This document shows positions 1 through 14,962 of a stretch of 64,000 nucleotides of DNA, one piece after another. How positions within the stretch are numbered: position 1 is the first letter of the stretch; every line of letters starts with the position of its first letter. The translations under genes and the position numbers were made by a program. This DNA comes from the human T2T-CHM13v2.0 reference genome, Homo sapiens: assembly GCF_009914755.1 (NCBI RefSeq), contig NC_060928.1, one strand, 5' to 3'. Under the pieces are notes generated by a model that saw nothing but the letters and a program-made list of their open reading frames with translations, searched no databases and was not told where the DNA came from.

Positions 1-954
1 GAAGGAATGACTAGAAATTTTAACTGGACTGATTATTGTGATGGATATGCATATTCAACTGGACAGATTCATTAAAAGAAAACTTTTACTATTTGTTTAA
101 CTGATTAAGTAGCAAGTTGCACTGTGAAGAATGTCTCAAACTACATAAATGTTAATGAATTAATGCAGATTATCACACAGAACAGCACTTCTGAGTTGAA
201 GTTCTGAAATGTGATTACAGGTATAAAACACTATATAGTTATAAAACACTATAGTTGATATTAAATATATATTTTTAAAATTAGATTATCTTTTCCTCTC
301 CTCTTTGTAGATGAGTCAGGTATTTCCTTTTTTTTTTTTTTTTTTGCTCTTCTTAACATAGACTAAGCAGGTAGATGCTAAACAAATTTATTTTTGTGAT
401 TGCTGTTTGTAACTGATCCTCAAATGCATTAGCCTTGCTAGGTTAGGAAAATACTACAATCTAGGGGAACAATCGACTTTGTTTTTTATAATTATTTTTA
501 ATAGATAAAGGCATTGTAAATATCAGAGCAAATGAATGATTTATTCTGTTAAATATGCTTCATAAAGAAATAAAGTGTTTCCCTGAGTCTCCATCTACTC
601 GCAGGTGCCATTCAATAGGAAGCACCTGCTCATTCTTGCTGCCTGATCTTCCTATATTTATGTTTTTGGTCTATACACACAAACTTTTTGTCTCATATAA
701 CCTCTTGAAAGCCAAAAGATAATTAATGACTTAGGTGTCAAATGTCTTTCATGAAAGTGGAGATTTAAAAAGCAATCTATGATTTTTTTTTGCCTCTTTC
801 ATATTCTGCTTGACCATTCATTTTCTGCAGAAAGAGACAATTTTTGACTGTGTAGAAAAGTGTCATTCTCCAAGCACCATCATAAAAGAAACAGGGATGA
901 GAAGACAAAGCAAACATCATGATTAGTGTTCAGGAAGTATGAATTAGAAAATGT

Positions 955-1410
955 GACTAAAATGTTAATAATAACACTCTCTATATTAGCCATGAATAGA
1001 AACTACTCAAATGAATAGAAAATACTCAAATGTCCATCAACAATAAAATTGATATTTTATTGTATAAAACTGATAGATCGTGGACATTTCCTCAAATGCA
1101 GCATTATACAGAACAACACACACAAGATACATAAATTGAACAAACAATATTTCACCAAAAAACAGGCACAAAGCATGATATATTGTATAACAGACAATAT
1201 ATTTTGGAAGGAAAGAGCAATAATAATCATCCCTAGGATTTTATGTGGACCAGAAGAAAGAAAGGGAATATTCCATCATGCTGGTTATACTCTGCTTCTT
1301 GAACTGGGTTCTAGTTACACGGATGTTTTCCACTTGTAAAAACGTATTGAGCTATACTTAGGATATGTGTACTTCTGTATTCATATTATTCCTCAATTAG
1401 ACAAATAGTT
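955..1410 (+). mobile_element. Old L1 (L1ME-like) 3' end fragment
   Basis: Degenerate L1M 3' motifs (caaatgtccatcaac; gaactgggttctagttacacggatg; atatgtgtacttctgtat). Edges approximate. Confidence 0.6.
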
Positions 1411-1658
1411 AAAGAGAGAAATAAATATGTCAACGCAAAAAGTGAAAGTACAGCAAGGTGCTTCCTCCTATTGCCAAGTGAATGATTTTCTGTTGAAAAA
1501 AATAAAAGTGAAATTTACTGGATGCTTCCCTTTACAGATCAAATGATAAGTAATTCATCAAACCAAATGCTCTATTTCAGATATATATTACTTTACTTGT
1601 AAATATTTTTTCTTTTAGTTTTTATGGTATTTTATATTTGACATTTGCCACTGAAAGT

Positions 1659-1675
1659 ACACACACACACACACA
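1659..1675. repeat. (CA)n microsatellite
   Basis: acacacacacacacaca run. Confidence 0.85.
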
Positions 1676-1999
1676 AAACAAACATAAAACAGATCTTTAA
1701 TTCTTTTTGTAGTAGTTTCTAGCTACTATTATTTAAAAGATAAAACACATCTTTAATTTACAGTACTAGTCAATTGATATCAGTTTATCAATTGCTTATT
1801 TCTCACCAAAAGAAAAATAGAATAGGGTTCCTGTCTTTATGAAAAAAGTTAACATGCACAAAAAATTCATATTATGTGCTATTTTTAAACTTGATCATTA
1901 TCTGAAAATGTTGAGTAATGGACAAAATGTACACATTGGACCATATGCAGCTGGATCAGCAAGTGTCTGGACCTTGTAGGATAAGTAGAAATTTGTAGG

Positions 2000-2670
2000 T
2001 GAAAATTGTGAAGATAATTGTAGATTTGCATTCAGTTTTAAGACAAAATACAAAGAGGCTGTGTGCACTTTTAACCTCATTTCTATAAAGGCAAAATTTT
2101 ACGAGTTTATAGACCAATATTACAAGATATAGATATTGATACAATACGCTGATTCATATTTTCTAGTTCTACTTATGTGTATCTGTGAAGTTCTATGCAA
2201 TTTTATCACCTATATAGGCTCTTATATTCCCTACTACAGCCAAAGTATTGTACAGTTCCAACATCACAAGGGTGCATACCTTGTTTTCCCTCTTTATAAC
2301 CACACTCAACTCCCTCAACTCCTTCCCTTGGCTCTTCCTACTCCTTCCTCCACCTGATCTCTAACCCCTGTCAGCCGCTAACCTGTCTTTCATTTCTAAA
2401 ATTTTGTCACAAGAAAAATGTTATGTAATTGGATCTAACAGTGTGAAACCTTGTGACATTTTTCACTTAGTGTAACTCCCTGATAATTCATCCAATCATT
2501 ACATGTATCAATAGTTTGCTCCCTTTTATTGCTGAGTAGTATTACATAGTATGGATCTAGCACAGTTTGTTTGACCACTCTTCCGCTGAAGGATCTTTGG
2601 GCTCATTTCAGTGTTTCAATCAGCCTAGGTTCAACATATAAGTAAAACTGCTAAGAATATTCATGTTCAT
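2000..2670 (-). mobile_element. L1MC-like 3' fragment
   Basis: Antisense L1M 3' motifs: ctctaacccctg, tatcaatagtttgctcccttttattgctgagtagtatt, cacagtttgtttgaccactc. Edges approximate. Confidence 0.7.
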
Positions 2671-2853
2671 AGATCTGGTTCAGAAAGAGCAAATGTAGGA
2701 GATACAGGTGAAAATAAGGTAAGGTCCTTCAAAACACAGATAGAGGTACTCATACCTGAGACTTCAGCAAATAAAAACCACTTTTGGTCTCTTAGCAAGT
2801 GAGAGTCCTGATTCAATAATAATCTGATGGCAATACCAACGAAAGACTAGGTG

Positions 2854-2915
2854 CAGTGGTTCTCAACCGTGGCTGACTATTCATCTCATGTAGGGAGATC
2901 TTTTCTTTCTTTCTT

Positions 2916-2985
<70 letters not shown>

Positions 2986-3348
2986 TTTTCTGAGAAGAAG
3001 TTTCGCTCCTGTTGCGCAGGCTGGAGTGCAATGGCGCCATCTCGGCTCACCGCAACCTCCGCCTCCCGCTTCCCGGGCTCAAATTATTCTCCTGCCTCAG
3101 TCTCCCGAGTAGCTGGGATTACAGGCGTGTGCCACTGCGCCCGGCTAATTTTTTTTGTGTTTTTTTTTTTTTTTAGTAGAGACGGGGTTTCTCCATGTTG
3201 GTCAGGCGGGTCTTGAACTGTGGGGAGATCTTAAAAACCCTCAGTATAAGCTGCTCCACAGATCAATGAAATCAGAATCTTTTTAAGTGAAATTCAGGTA
3301 TTGGAATTTTTTAATTTTCCTAGGCTAAACCAAGGTGGGAGACCACTG
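2854..3348. mobile_element. MER5-type hAT-Charlie MITE interrupted by an Alu
   Basis: TIR-like ends cagtggttctc (2854) and gagaccactg (3348); internal aatcagaatct motif. Confidence 0.75.
2903..3218 (-). mobile_element. 5'-truncated AluS with (TTTC)n/(TC)n tail
   Basis: Alu body about 2990-3218 ending at ggtcttgaac. TSD tgtagggagatctt (2889-2902) and tgtggggagatctt (3219-3232). Confidence 0.95.
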
Positions 3349-6300
3349 GACTATAGGAAAGTAATCCAATCGCAAGCTTGCTGTTGTAATACAAAGGTGA
3401 AGTGAAAATGAAGTGAGTCACAGAAAACGAAACAAATTGGACATTTTGAAGGCAGAAATGTCGGTGTTTAATAATAGATTGAGGAGGAAGACAAAGAATG
3501 GATTAAAAGGTTCCCAAAGTTCTAGAATAAATTGTGGATTCCTGGAAAAATGGAATATTTACACGGGGGTTTTCAGGGAGGTCATTGAGGGTGGTGATTT
3601 ATTTGATTTGATGGGAATGCACTCAGGTAGAGATTTTTTAGAGGCAGCCAGAAACTTTCATATTCAAAGTTATTCATTTATTTCCCCCATAGAATTTACA
3701 GTTAAATTTTTATATTTAACATATACTTTTTATATCTTAGCAGACACCAATGTTTTGTTAGATGCTTCAGTTTGTGGTATATTGAGTTGCTAACATTGCA
3801 CATCTTCTGCGATGAACAAGTTTCAAACCTGGATACTTACTGCTATAAACTGAAATGAAAATGCATCTTCCTAATATATTAAATTAGTTATAGCTCTGCT
3901 GTGAGTCTGGCAGTCATTCAAAACTTGGCAACAGCAAAGGAGAACCAAGTGGCTTTTATAATGTATTTTTAAGTGAAAGTCATAAAAAAAACTCCATTTC
4001 ATTAAGTGCTTAAAAAGAGCTTCTTGAAAACATATTCAGTTCGAGAAGCCCAGCTCCCAAGTGAGTCCTGTCACTCCACAGTAGGTGAGTTTATTTTCCA
4101 CGGTGGCTGAGTTTGGTGCTATTGAGTTGTTTTCCTTGTCACCTTAGGCAAGCTTGATGGTTAATGGCATCACTAATAGGATATACAGTCAGTTATGGAG
4201 TTCTAAACTAGCTTGAATTAGCTATGACTAAAATCAATTACCACAGTCCACTGGTCCACAGAAATCAGGGGGTGCTCTCATTTCTCTTCCTAGTGAACAT
4301 CTGTACTCAGTCCCAAGAGAAGAAAAATATTACCAGCAAAATTGATGCTAATTAGCACCCATGTTGGCAGTCAGAATAGAGACACGGAGAAGAAAATCTG
4401 TAAAATGAGTCTGGTTAAAGGCAATAAACATTGTGACACTAAAATTATCCAAGTATAATAAATGACTTTCCATTGATTTTCTGAAAACCCATATTCTTCA
4501 CTTAATCAACACATTAAAGGAAAAATTTGTGATTGATGTGATATAGGTTGTGCATTTCATTATTTACCCAATGATGATTTTTTACTTCAAAATATTCATA
4601 TCAGCTAACTTGTGCAATCACCAAATGTTACTGGCTTGCTGTATATATTTGGCATAATAAATAGTCCCTCTAGTACATTAGAACTGGCAAGCTTCAGTCA
4701 GTCGACAAGGACAGTAGATAATAATTCTACTAGTTGTGCCTTAAAAGTTGAGCTGTAGATATTAATTTCTTTATCCATATACTTTGAGCTTAATACAATT
4801 CAATAAGAACAATACATGTAGCTTTTCATTACTTACAACTTAATATGAATAAATTCTAGATCGTTCTCTGAGTGGAAGCTGAGGGGAAAAAGGTTGAAAG
4901 ATTCTAAGAATTATAAAAGAAAAGGTTTAAAAATAGGAAAAGATTGCAGAAAAAAATTTCCATGCTTACTGAATAAACTCTCAGGTGAGTTTAATTAGCA
5001 CTTTCATCTTATATTGTATGGCATCATCTTCCAGAAGGCAATATTACTTGTGGTAAAAACATCTTGTATTCCAACTAAATAAATACTGAGGTGGACAGCT
5101 TCATTGAAAACTGAATTTCTTTTGGAAAAGTCATACAATTTGCCTTCTGCAATTTATAACTGACATGCTAGAAAAGACTGATGTCTAAATTCAATCAAAT
5201 ATTTATACTATCATTTTTCTTTGAAGATGAATTTGTCAATGAAGTAATACTTGATTATGCAACTGGAGTCACAGCAAGCATTTCATGGGAATCATGATTG
5301 TGGAGTTGTCCTTTATTGACGTGCGTGTGCTTTCCTATAAAACAGTCTTATAAAGGATAAGAAGTTCGCTGAAATTAAGAAATGGTTTAAACTGGCTGAT
5401 TAAACTCTCCTGGTAACTCCAAAACCACATATTCAAACATAATTAACTTTTAAACAGGAGACAATGTTTGACTCTCACTCGACCTATAGGACCCTGTTAT
5501 TTTATTCTATCTGCAGGAATGAGCTCTGTGCCTTTCATAACATTCCTCACACTTACGCAGAAAAGCAAAGGAAAAACTGCTTACTGACAATATTACACCT
5601 GTAGCAGAAGAGCAAGATAATACTTTGCAATTTAGAGCACTTCGAAGTTTATAAGATGTTTCCACAAAAGTCTTGTGAAACTATAAAATTAGATATTATC
5701 ATCTTGAAACCAAAGTTAAACAAATTCAAACATCTAACAAAGTTTGTGTTTTTGATTGTCCAAGATTTCTATTTTTTCATAAGTGTCCAAAGATGGACTA
5801 TTAGAGTACAGTACATCATGTGTGCATTTAATGTAGGCATATTGGGTTTGGCTCTTGGTGAAAAAAAAAATACTAAGCATATGCAAAAAAAAGAAAGTTG
5901 TAATGATTTATACAATGCAGGTGATTCTGCCTGTTATTATATTTAATGGGCTATAGCCGAATATATATAAAAGGCAAGGCATAAATCTGCCCTTCCTTTA
6001 GTGAGTCTCAGTTCCCAGGTGGTTCTTATAACATGTGCATCTCACCACACTGACTTTAGTTCAAATAATAAAGGCACACATTTTTAAATACGATTGAGCT
6101 CTCAAATTTAAGCTGTTCTTGTGTCCACCTAAAGAAGCAGTTAATAATTAAAGTAAAAAATTCTTTGTATAGACTTGTTATATACTTCATATCCACCTCT
6201 AAAATGATACTGACTATAAATTGTTGGGTTTGTTTGTTCATTGGTTTTGACCTCAGATGAGGAGTTTAGAATGTAAACACCAGTAAGTCCAATTTCAAGG

Positions 6301-7054
6301 TGACTTTTTTATTTCTTGGCTTTCATCTTGGCTTTTAAAATATTTTTGGTTTGGTAATCTTGAAGCAGGTGATTTTATTTGTGCATCTCCACTACATGAC
6401 CTAGAGTAGGTGCTACATTAACTACTGCTTAAAATAAATGTTAAGTGTTCACATATAGGATGGTGAGTAAGGTAGCTGAGTCATACTGGTGATAATAAAG
6501 GAAGAAAAAGGGGCAATGTCGGCACATAAAGAAATTGTGTGCTATTAATTCTGAGAGTTGTAGCAGAAAATCTCAGGTATGGAGAGATTTATATCCAAGG
6601 AAGACATTGAAGATGAAACTAATAAACTGAAGGTTAAAGACTGGCAATAAATAAACTAGGAAATACCAAGGTATTAGTAAAGCAAATATTACAACAACAG
6701 TAACAAAAAAAAAATCAGTAAAATAGGAAAGAGAGAATCAGGATTTTCAGATTGGAAAGGTATTTATCAATAGGGGATATAAATAAAGTTCTGAAGATAT
6801 TTCTGTAAATATGAACAACATATTCCTCAGATAATTCAGTAGTAACACTTGAAACTGTAAATGATTAACTACTGTTGAATTGAAGGAAGTAGTTCTCCAC
6901 AAAATAGGCAAGGTATTTATAGGATTCCGAAACTAAACTATTACTTTAGTATAAATAAGTTCTAGGTGGCTTTAGACTAATTAAATAACGGGAACCAGAT
7001 CCTTAATGAGTTTCTGAAAGAAGCTATTTATAGAATGTGACTGTATTCTTTGAG

Positions 7055-7280
7055 AAATGGTTGGGAAGTAGAGACTGTGTAACCGCCTGGACTTGGATCT
7101 TGTCCCCATGCCTTGCAGACTTGAGCTTTAGGTAAATTACAGAACCCCTCTAAATACCAGTTTTCTCATATACGAATAAACATATTTATTTTTATTTGGT
7201 AAGGTTGCTGTGAAGATTCTAGGAAGCAAAATTAGAGAGCGCAGCCTAGGACTTGGTGCATCCTCAGTGTTCTAAAAGGA
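7055..7280 (+). mobile_element. MIR SINE
   Basis: MIR core-like ttaggtaaattac...cagttttctcatat...aaggttgctgtgaagatt. Confidence 0.65.
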
Positions 7281-7499
7281 CAGAAATGGAGACAGTGACG
7301 GCAGCACCAGGTCCCTAGCACAGTTTCCAAGCACATACCAAATTCTAATTGTTCCCATTCTTTTTCTAACATTTCTCCTTAATTAAGGGGATTTCTGCCA
7401 TATGACACCAGTATTCCCCCTGCTCTACAAAAAATGTCTGTTGGAGAGCTTCTGCCTACATAAAGACTGTATATGTTGCAGTTCTTCCTTTAATTTTAT

Positions 7500-9342
7500 T
7501 ACCATTAATGTCAATTGTGTTCTTAATTCTGCCTGGAAATAATAGTAAATATCTCTTATCCAACTATTCTTCTACACGACTATTATACATCTCCTCTCTC
7601 AAACTTCAGCATTTATCCTTCATTTACACTCTCAGCTGGTGAACTTACTTCTTACTTGACTAAAGAATTGAAAGCAATGCAAAAAGAATGTCCACAGATT
7701 TCTACATTTACATTTGTTTACTTATTATCGTCTGTATCCATTAACTTAGGTATTTCTCATAGTAGTAATGAAGGAACTGTCTTTGCTCCAGTCCTAAGTG
7801 AATCCTTCCATTGGTGTACTTGCTCTGATCCACTCAGTTATCCCAAGGCCAATCCCCCAGGAATTACTCCTTCCCTTCAGCAACATCATTTCTTTCCTCT
7901 CCTTGGACTCAATCCTATTAGTGGATATACAGGTCATTTGTTTTCTATTAAAAATCTTAATTCTCATTTTTCTTCTAGTTATTTCTTCACATTTGTGCTC
8001 ATGTTTACAGCAAAATTATTTTTGGAAGAGTTGCCTATACTTATGATCATAAATCTCTCTTATTCTAAACTCATTTAAACCTACTGTAGTTAGTTATCTG
8101 CCCCCTTTTTAAACAAGTCTTGTCAGTTTTACCAGTGACCTTCATGTTGATAAATACAAAGATATTTTTTGGTCCTCATCTTAACAGAAAACAGCGGCAT
8201 ATGACATACTGGTTAATCACTCTCCCTTCTCTTCTTCCCCTAAATTTTAGGTTATCTAATTGCCCTACAGATTGCTCCTTCTGTCTTCTCTTCTGGTTTT
8301 CCCACTCTGATCCACTGATGTTAGAGTGGTCCAGGGCTCTCTCTCCTGTCTTTCTCTCTCCTGTCTATTTTTTATTTTGATTTACACTCACTTGGTAATC
8401 TCATCCACTGTAATGCTACAAACCCTGCATATTTGTTCTCAAATGTTTCTCTCCAGGGTACACCACTCTCCTTCTGAAATCCAGACATATATCCATTCAC
8501 CTACTCTATCTCCATTTGAATGTCTAGTAGACATCTCAAACTCAACATGGCCAAAACTGAACTAATTTTTTCCTCCAACCCTCAGTACTCTGCTTCTCCA
8601 AGAACTTTTAAAAATCACTGTAGATGAGAGTTACATCTTTCCAAATGTTCAGACCAATAGTTTTCCTGGGTTTCTCATTTCTCATTTATTAAGAGTTGAA
8701 GTTCCTATGTTTTAGAAGGCCCTATGTGGTCTGTCCTCTCTTATATCCTCTTCTGCCACTCTTTCTTACTGACTTTGCTCTTACCACACTGAACTCACTG
8801 CTATTTCTCAAATTTCTCACATAGAATTATTTTAATCTCTTCCTGCAATTTCTTTCCATACACCTTTCTCATCTCCTTCAAAATCTTTGCTCACATGTTA
8901 CCGTCTACATGAGGCCTGCTTTGACCATTCTATTTGAAGTTTGCCACACTCTCCCCAAAGTGTCCCTACCCTCTCATTCAGTGCCATTTTCTTTTATGTT
9001 ATAGAACCTATCTCTTTTAAACATACCATAGAATTTTCTTATTCATTACATTTATTGATTTTTGTCTCCTTCAATAAAACATATGCTTTATAAACAGGGA
9101 TTTTTATCTCTTTTGTTCTCAAACACCTAGAAGAATGCTTGAAACATGATAGAAGATATACAATAAAATTTTGTACATACCATATAATTTTCTTATTCGT
9201 GACTTTTATTGATTTTTGTCTCCTTTAACAAAACATATGCTTTATAAGAAAGGGATTTTTGTCTTTTTTGTTTTCAAACTCCTAGAAGAATAATTGAACC
9301 ATGGTAGGTGTACAATAAAATTTTGTCGAACAAATGAATGAA
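7500..9342 (+). mobile_element. L2a LINE 3' portion
   Basis: L2 motifs (gacatctcaaactcaacatggccaaaactgaact; tctttgctcacatgttacc) and the terminal aatgaatgaa. Left edge approximate. Confidence 0.85.
9021..9326. repeat. Tandem duplication of ~154 bp in the L2 3' end
   Basis: Units 9021-9174 and 9175-9326 both run acataccata...acaataaaattttgt; roughly 85% alike by eye. Confidence 0.9.
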
Positions 9343-9454
9343 TTACTGGATCAGGAAGACCGTTCTTAACATTGTTAAAAAGCAAATGGTTGAGCAGAAA
9401 ACAATAATATGTTGACTATGAATGTAAACATTGAAGAGCTGAAGGTTGTTTTGA

Positions 9455-9834
<380 letters not shown>

Positions 9835-12800
9835 TGGAAACAGCAATTTTATTAACATGTTAATCTGACTTAAAATAACTTTTTATCATGTTTTAAATAT
9901 GCCAAAATTATGTATTGCTGAATTCCCTTTTTTATCGTGGAACTTTGAAAACTTCATTTGGATTAAGACTTTTAGTTTTCAAAGCTTTAATGGTCTCAAA
10001 AGAACAGATTCTAATTTGTAATTCTATATACAAGTCTGAGGCTGGACATCAATATACTGGAAACTAGTCCTAGAAACATGTTAAATACTACTAGTCATAA
10101 AATTCAGATTCTATAACATTTATTTTAAATTTTGAAAATACTGCCCATATTTAACATCTTATTAAAGTATATGCTTAAGAGATATCTGTTAATTTATTTT
10201 TAAGATGAATAAACAGACAACTGAGATTCCAAATCCCACAATATTCTTTCAAGATAATAAAAAACTAAAAGCAGTGTAACTAAAGGTAAAAAGAGCCATG
10301 TTCTTGCATAAATAAAGCATGGAGATTGTCATTGGCAGGGGCAATTTTTGGGTTTCAGCTAGCAGTTTTAATACCCACTATTGAATAGAGAAGGGAAAAA
10401 TAACTTACAGATTCTAGATTCTGACGTTTTATTTGCTTGTCAATTTTCTTTCTGCAACAGGGGTCACTGAATTATTTTTCCTAATAATTTTTATCATATC
10501 AAATGGGTGTGCTGATCCTTCCATTTACCATTGGCCCTTTTATCAGATACCCCAGATTCCTCTTTTATTCCTCTGCAAAATAAATAAATAAACCAATCAT
10601 CATCTGCATGTTTGTGAATTGTCCCTTTTCAGGCTACATATTTTACTTTAATCTATTTCCATGTTCTTTTATTTTATATTCGCTTCTTCTTCAATTTTTC
10701 CCCCTTCTGATGTTTCCCTTCATGATTAGGGATTTTGAATACTTTAATATTCCTACGTTTTCTTTCTCTATTTGTTTTGCTCCATAAGAAACCAATGATT
10801 TTTACAGTTGCTAAACTGAGAAGAAAGTCCAGGTCACGCACAGCTTGGTTTCCTCCTTCTTCCTCTTGGCAAGCAAGAGTTTCCTTCTATTCCACAGGAG
10901 GCAGATTTTTTTCTGCCCTCATCCATGGTCATATTTGACTAAGTGACTGAATTTGCCTATGAACAATGGCATATGAAGACTGGGAAGCTAGGAGTGGTCT
11001 ACCCAGAGACGAGAGGAATCTTATATAACTGACATTGTTTAGAATTGCTGATGAATGATTATCACAAGAAGCAGATCAATGTTTAGTCAATATTATTGTT
11101 TTTTTAAATCACTAAAGATGTTCCACTCCCTTATTACCACCACCTGAGTTGGGATGCTCTTCCTAGCTACACTTCATAATGAATAAAATCATTGCTCAGG
11201 GAAGCACACTTCCTTGCCTGCCCCAGGTGGTCATCCACAGAATACTTTTATTTAGACTGAGGAAACAGCATTGTGAGTGTGGAACTGAGTTATTTGTCTC
11301 ATGTTGATATTATGTTATGAATAAATAGTTATTATGTATCTTCTATATACAAGGCATATAATTCTAATGGCAAAAGGAAATTTCAATAAATATTAAAAAC
11401 TGTTAAATTTGTAAGAGTGAATTAGGATCATAATGCTTGGACATAACAGAACTCTGAGTGTTTTCTTGTTTGAGAGAAACCTTGGGTAGCATTTTGTAGG
11501 CTGCATATAAATTTTCATGAATTTATGGAGGAAAAATTAATCTTCGAGGCTTTTTAAAATAGAACATCCTTTAAATAATAAATATTCTCTCTATTGTTTT
11601 GGCTGTTTTATATTTTTCAGGATAAACTAATACAATTAATGATACTGTAAAAACCTATAGATTACATAGATTTACAAATGAGTGGAATGACATATGGATG
11701 AAAATAATTTGTTACATTTTTATGCAATATGAATAATTTTATTCAGGGTATACAACAGTTATAAGAGACTCTTTTATCTAAGAAATCACTTCTGATAACT
11801 TTAATAGATAAAAATAATGCTTTTGATATCAACTGATTGTTCTCTGCTACCCAGGTATCCCATAAGCATAAACTAATTAAATAATGATTTGCATTATAAT
11901 ATTATCATTATCTACCCTTTATTGAACATATGCTGTGTACTACGCACTTTGCTGAGAGCTTACAGTAGAACTCATCGGTTGGAAAAAACTATCCTCAGTC
12001 TTTCAATTTTGTTCTTGACTCTCTTACTAACTTTATGTTGCCGTATAGTTATGAGCTTATGCGTCTTTTTCTCACCATACTATAACCTCCTCATGTGGAC
12101 GTTCAATTTGTAAATCACTGTTGCATCCATGTAGCTTGACAGATAATAAACAATCAACCAGTATATTATGTACCATAACCAACCTCTTGACTTCTAACAC
12201 TTAATTGGAAATGAGATTGGGAGAGAGTTGGATGATCTATGGCATTTTCTGAAAACATCTAGAAATCTACTTGAGAAAATGTCTAGGTACCAGAGCAATG
12301 TAGAGAGACAGCTAGATATGAATTAATGACCCTATAATTATTGCAGTTACCTCTTGCACCACATTTTTACTCTCCCTCGAAGCACAAGGAAGATTTAGTG
12401 TGAAATCTGGTTGTTTGAAAGCTACTACTACTTGACAGCTAAATACATTATGTGGACCAGAGTATCACCTTATATAAGGTGAATCAATAAAGTTCAAATA
12501 AAGTCGTTGACAATGCCGATCCATCTACCAATTATATGGCATTGCGCTACACTTCCCTGACAGGCTTATGCTTTTATATCCTATTAAAGCATCGGAAATA
12601 ACTCTAAGAGTACTTCCAAATAAACTACAAAACAAAGTACTCTAGATATATTGAGTGCTTTTTTACAGAGCATCAGTTTAATAGTCCATTTTCTACTTTT
12701 GACTATGAGAATATTGGTGACCCCACAAATCTGTAAGCATGTTTTGGCAGAGTTTTTAAACTTGTATATTTACTGTGGCATCTCTTGTTTTATTTTAATT

Positions 12801-14644
12801 CTTAATTTACTGGCCTTAAAAATTTACAAATAACCCTTTACACTTTGCATGCAAAAGAACACTGAGTAAAATGCAACTTTCAATTTTGTGCTTCATTTTT
12901 CTTTGGGAAACAAAAGGAGAAGGTGATTTTACTTGGCTAAGAAAATATCTCGAACCATTCTGAAAAATAAGATAAAAGTGAGTAAATTAAAAAAAAACTT
13001 TACATGTATAAAAATACATTTTATGTTTATGTATAATATTTCGTGAATGTCCAGATGTTTTTACAATTTTAAAAATAATTCTAGTATATTACAAATGTCT
13101 TGGAGTTACCCTAAAATTCAAGAGTAAGATAAATACTTTGATTATAGCTTGCCAACAAGGTATATGTCTTTGGAGAACTATCTAGCATTTCCTTGGAAGT
13201 GCTTAATCCAATCCCTGGTGGGTTGTCAGATGTCTGAAAGCAATAGGTGGCACCATCCTATACTTTGAATGTCTCGTGACACCAAATCATCAGCCTGCTG
13301 AATTCTCTGTTGGTTTTATTATTTTTAGATGCACTGCATATCTCTTCCAGTAATACAAATCACACTCCTACAGGTGCCAGGTTTTGAAAATCTGTGACCT
13401 GCCACACTAGACCTGTTATAGCAATTCCTAAAATAAAGAAAATACCTCACACTCTACTCCTCAAATATTCCAAATATTACAGTCCTGGAGTCATAGTTGG
13501 CTGCTGCGGCATGTCTGCCTTGGTTGACTTGCAGGTATAGAGGAAGTGCTTGCTATGCTATCTCACTCCAAGTATGAAAAGAAAAAATAACCCACCTGGT
13601 TTTCATCAAAGAGCCTTTGAATATTGTTCCTCCTGAGAAGGCTGCTAGCTACTGTGCTTTCATGCTTACCCTTTCTACTGAACCTGTCTCAAAAGCCTTT
13701 AAAATTCATTGATGATACGATGTGTTGCTCAGTCACTGTACTTTCTGTAGCAGGCATCCCAGCTTGAGACCAAGTTACACTCACCCTAAGATTTATGTGA
13801 GGGAACAAGGTGCCTCATGGGAAAGAACTTGTTCTAAGGATATTACGATACAGAGTTTTGTTTCAAGGATGGTAGGTCAACATCAGAGATAAAGGGCCAT
13901 ATATCTCCCTTGGTTAATTCCTCAACCCAGCTGACATGGCCATATACCTCAGTCCACAAGCAAGTTCATGAGAAATAAAAGACAAGTCTCAAATAAAAGC
14001 TGACTTTGTTCTTTCTGGTATTATCTACTCGAGAAATTATCTACTTGAGCACATGCACTTCAGGTATGTAATTGCCAGTAGCTTTTACAACACTGGGAAA
14101 GAAAACCATTGATTTTTGCAATAACAAAAGACAAACAATAATAGTCTCAATATTGAGCATTGGTAGCTCCACGGTGTTAATTAGAGAAAACAACCCTTTG
14201 GCAGAAACTTTGGGGATTGATGTTTTTGCAATCACCATGGGCAGCAGGAGTATAGCTTTTGATGAGGTCCAATAAGGGGACCTTGTCTCCTTTGGTAAGC
14301 TCTAGCAAGGTTAGTGGCCCCATCGATGGACATCAGGGCATGACTTCTACTTTTGTCATTGAAAGTAACAAGCAACAGCAGTATCACAGTGGACTGCAGT
14401 TAGGAGGGACAGGTTAAAAAAGATTCCTTAAAGTGGTTACAAGAAGGAATGGCCCATGAAATACATGTGCAACACACCCCTGGAAGTTTAGAAAATTACT
14501 CGGTATGAAATTAAAGATATCTTATTTTTTATAGTATGTCAAGGAGAAATACAATGAATGTTTCAATGATCTTCCTTTTATTCTCACTCTTGTACTGAGA
14601 AGGACAGAATATGTGAATAACATTTATATGGTTATTTAAGACAA

Positions 14645-14962
<318 letters not shown>

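Noticed and set aside
2813-3216. KERE- and SLSF-rich ORFs (also 57205-57520)
   Set aside because: These are translations of Alu-tail microsatellites.
4250-4280. CTCF-like site (aatcagggggtgctc)
   Set aside because: It lacks the 5' CC of the core, so the match is too weak to call from sequence alone.
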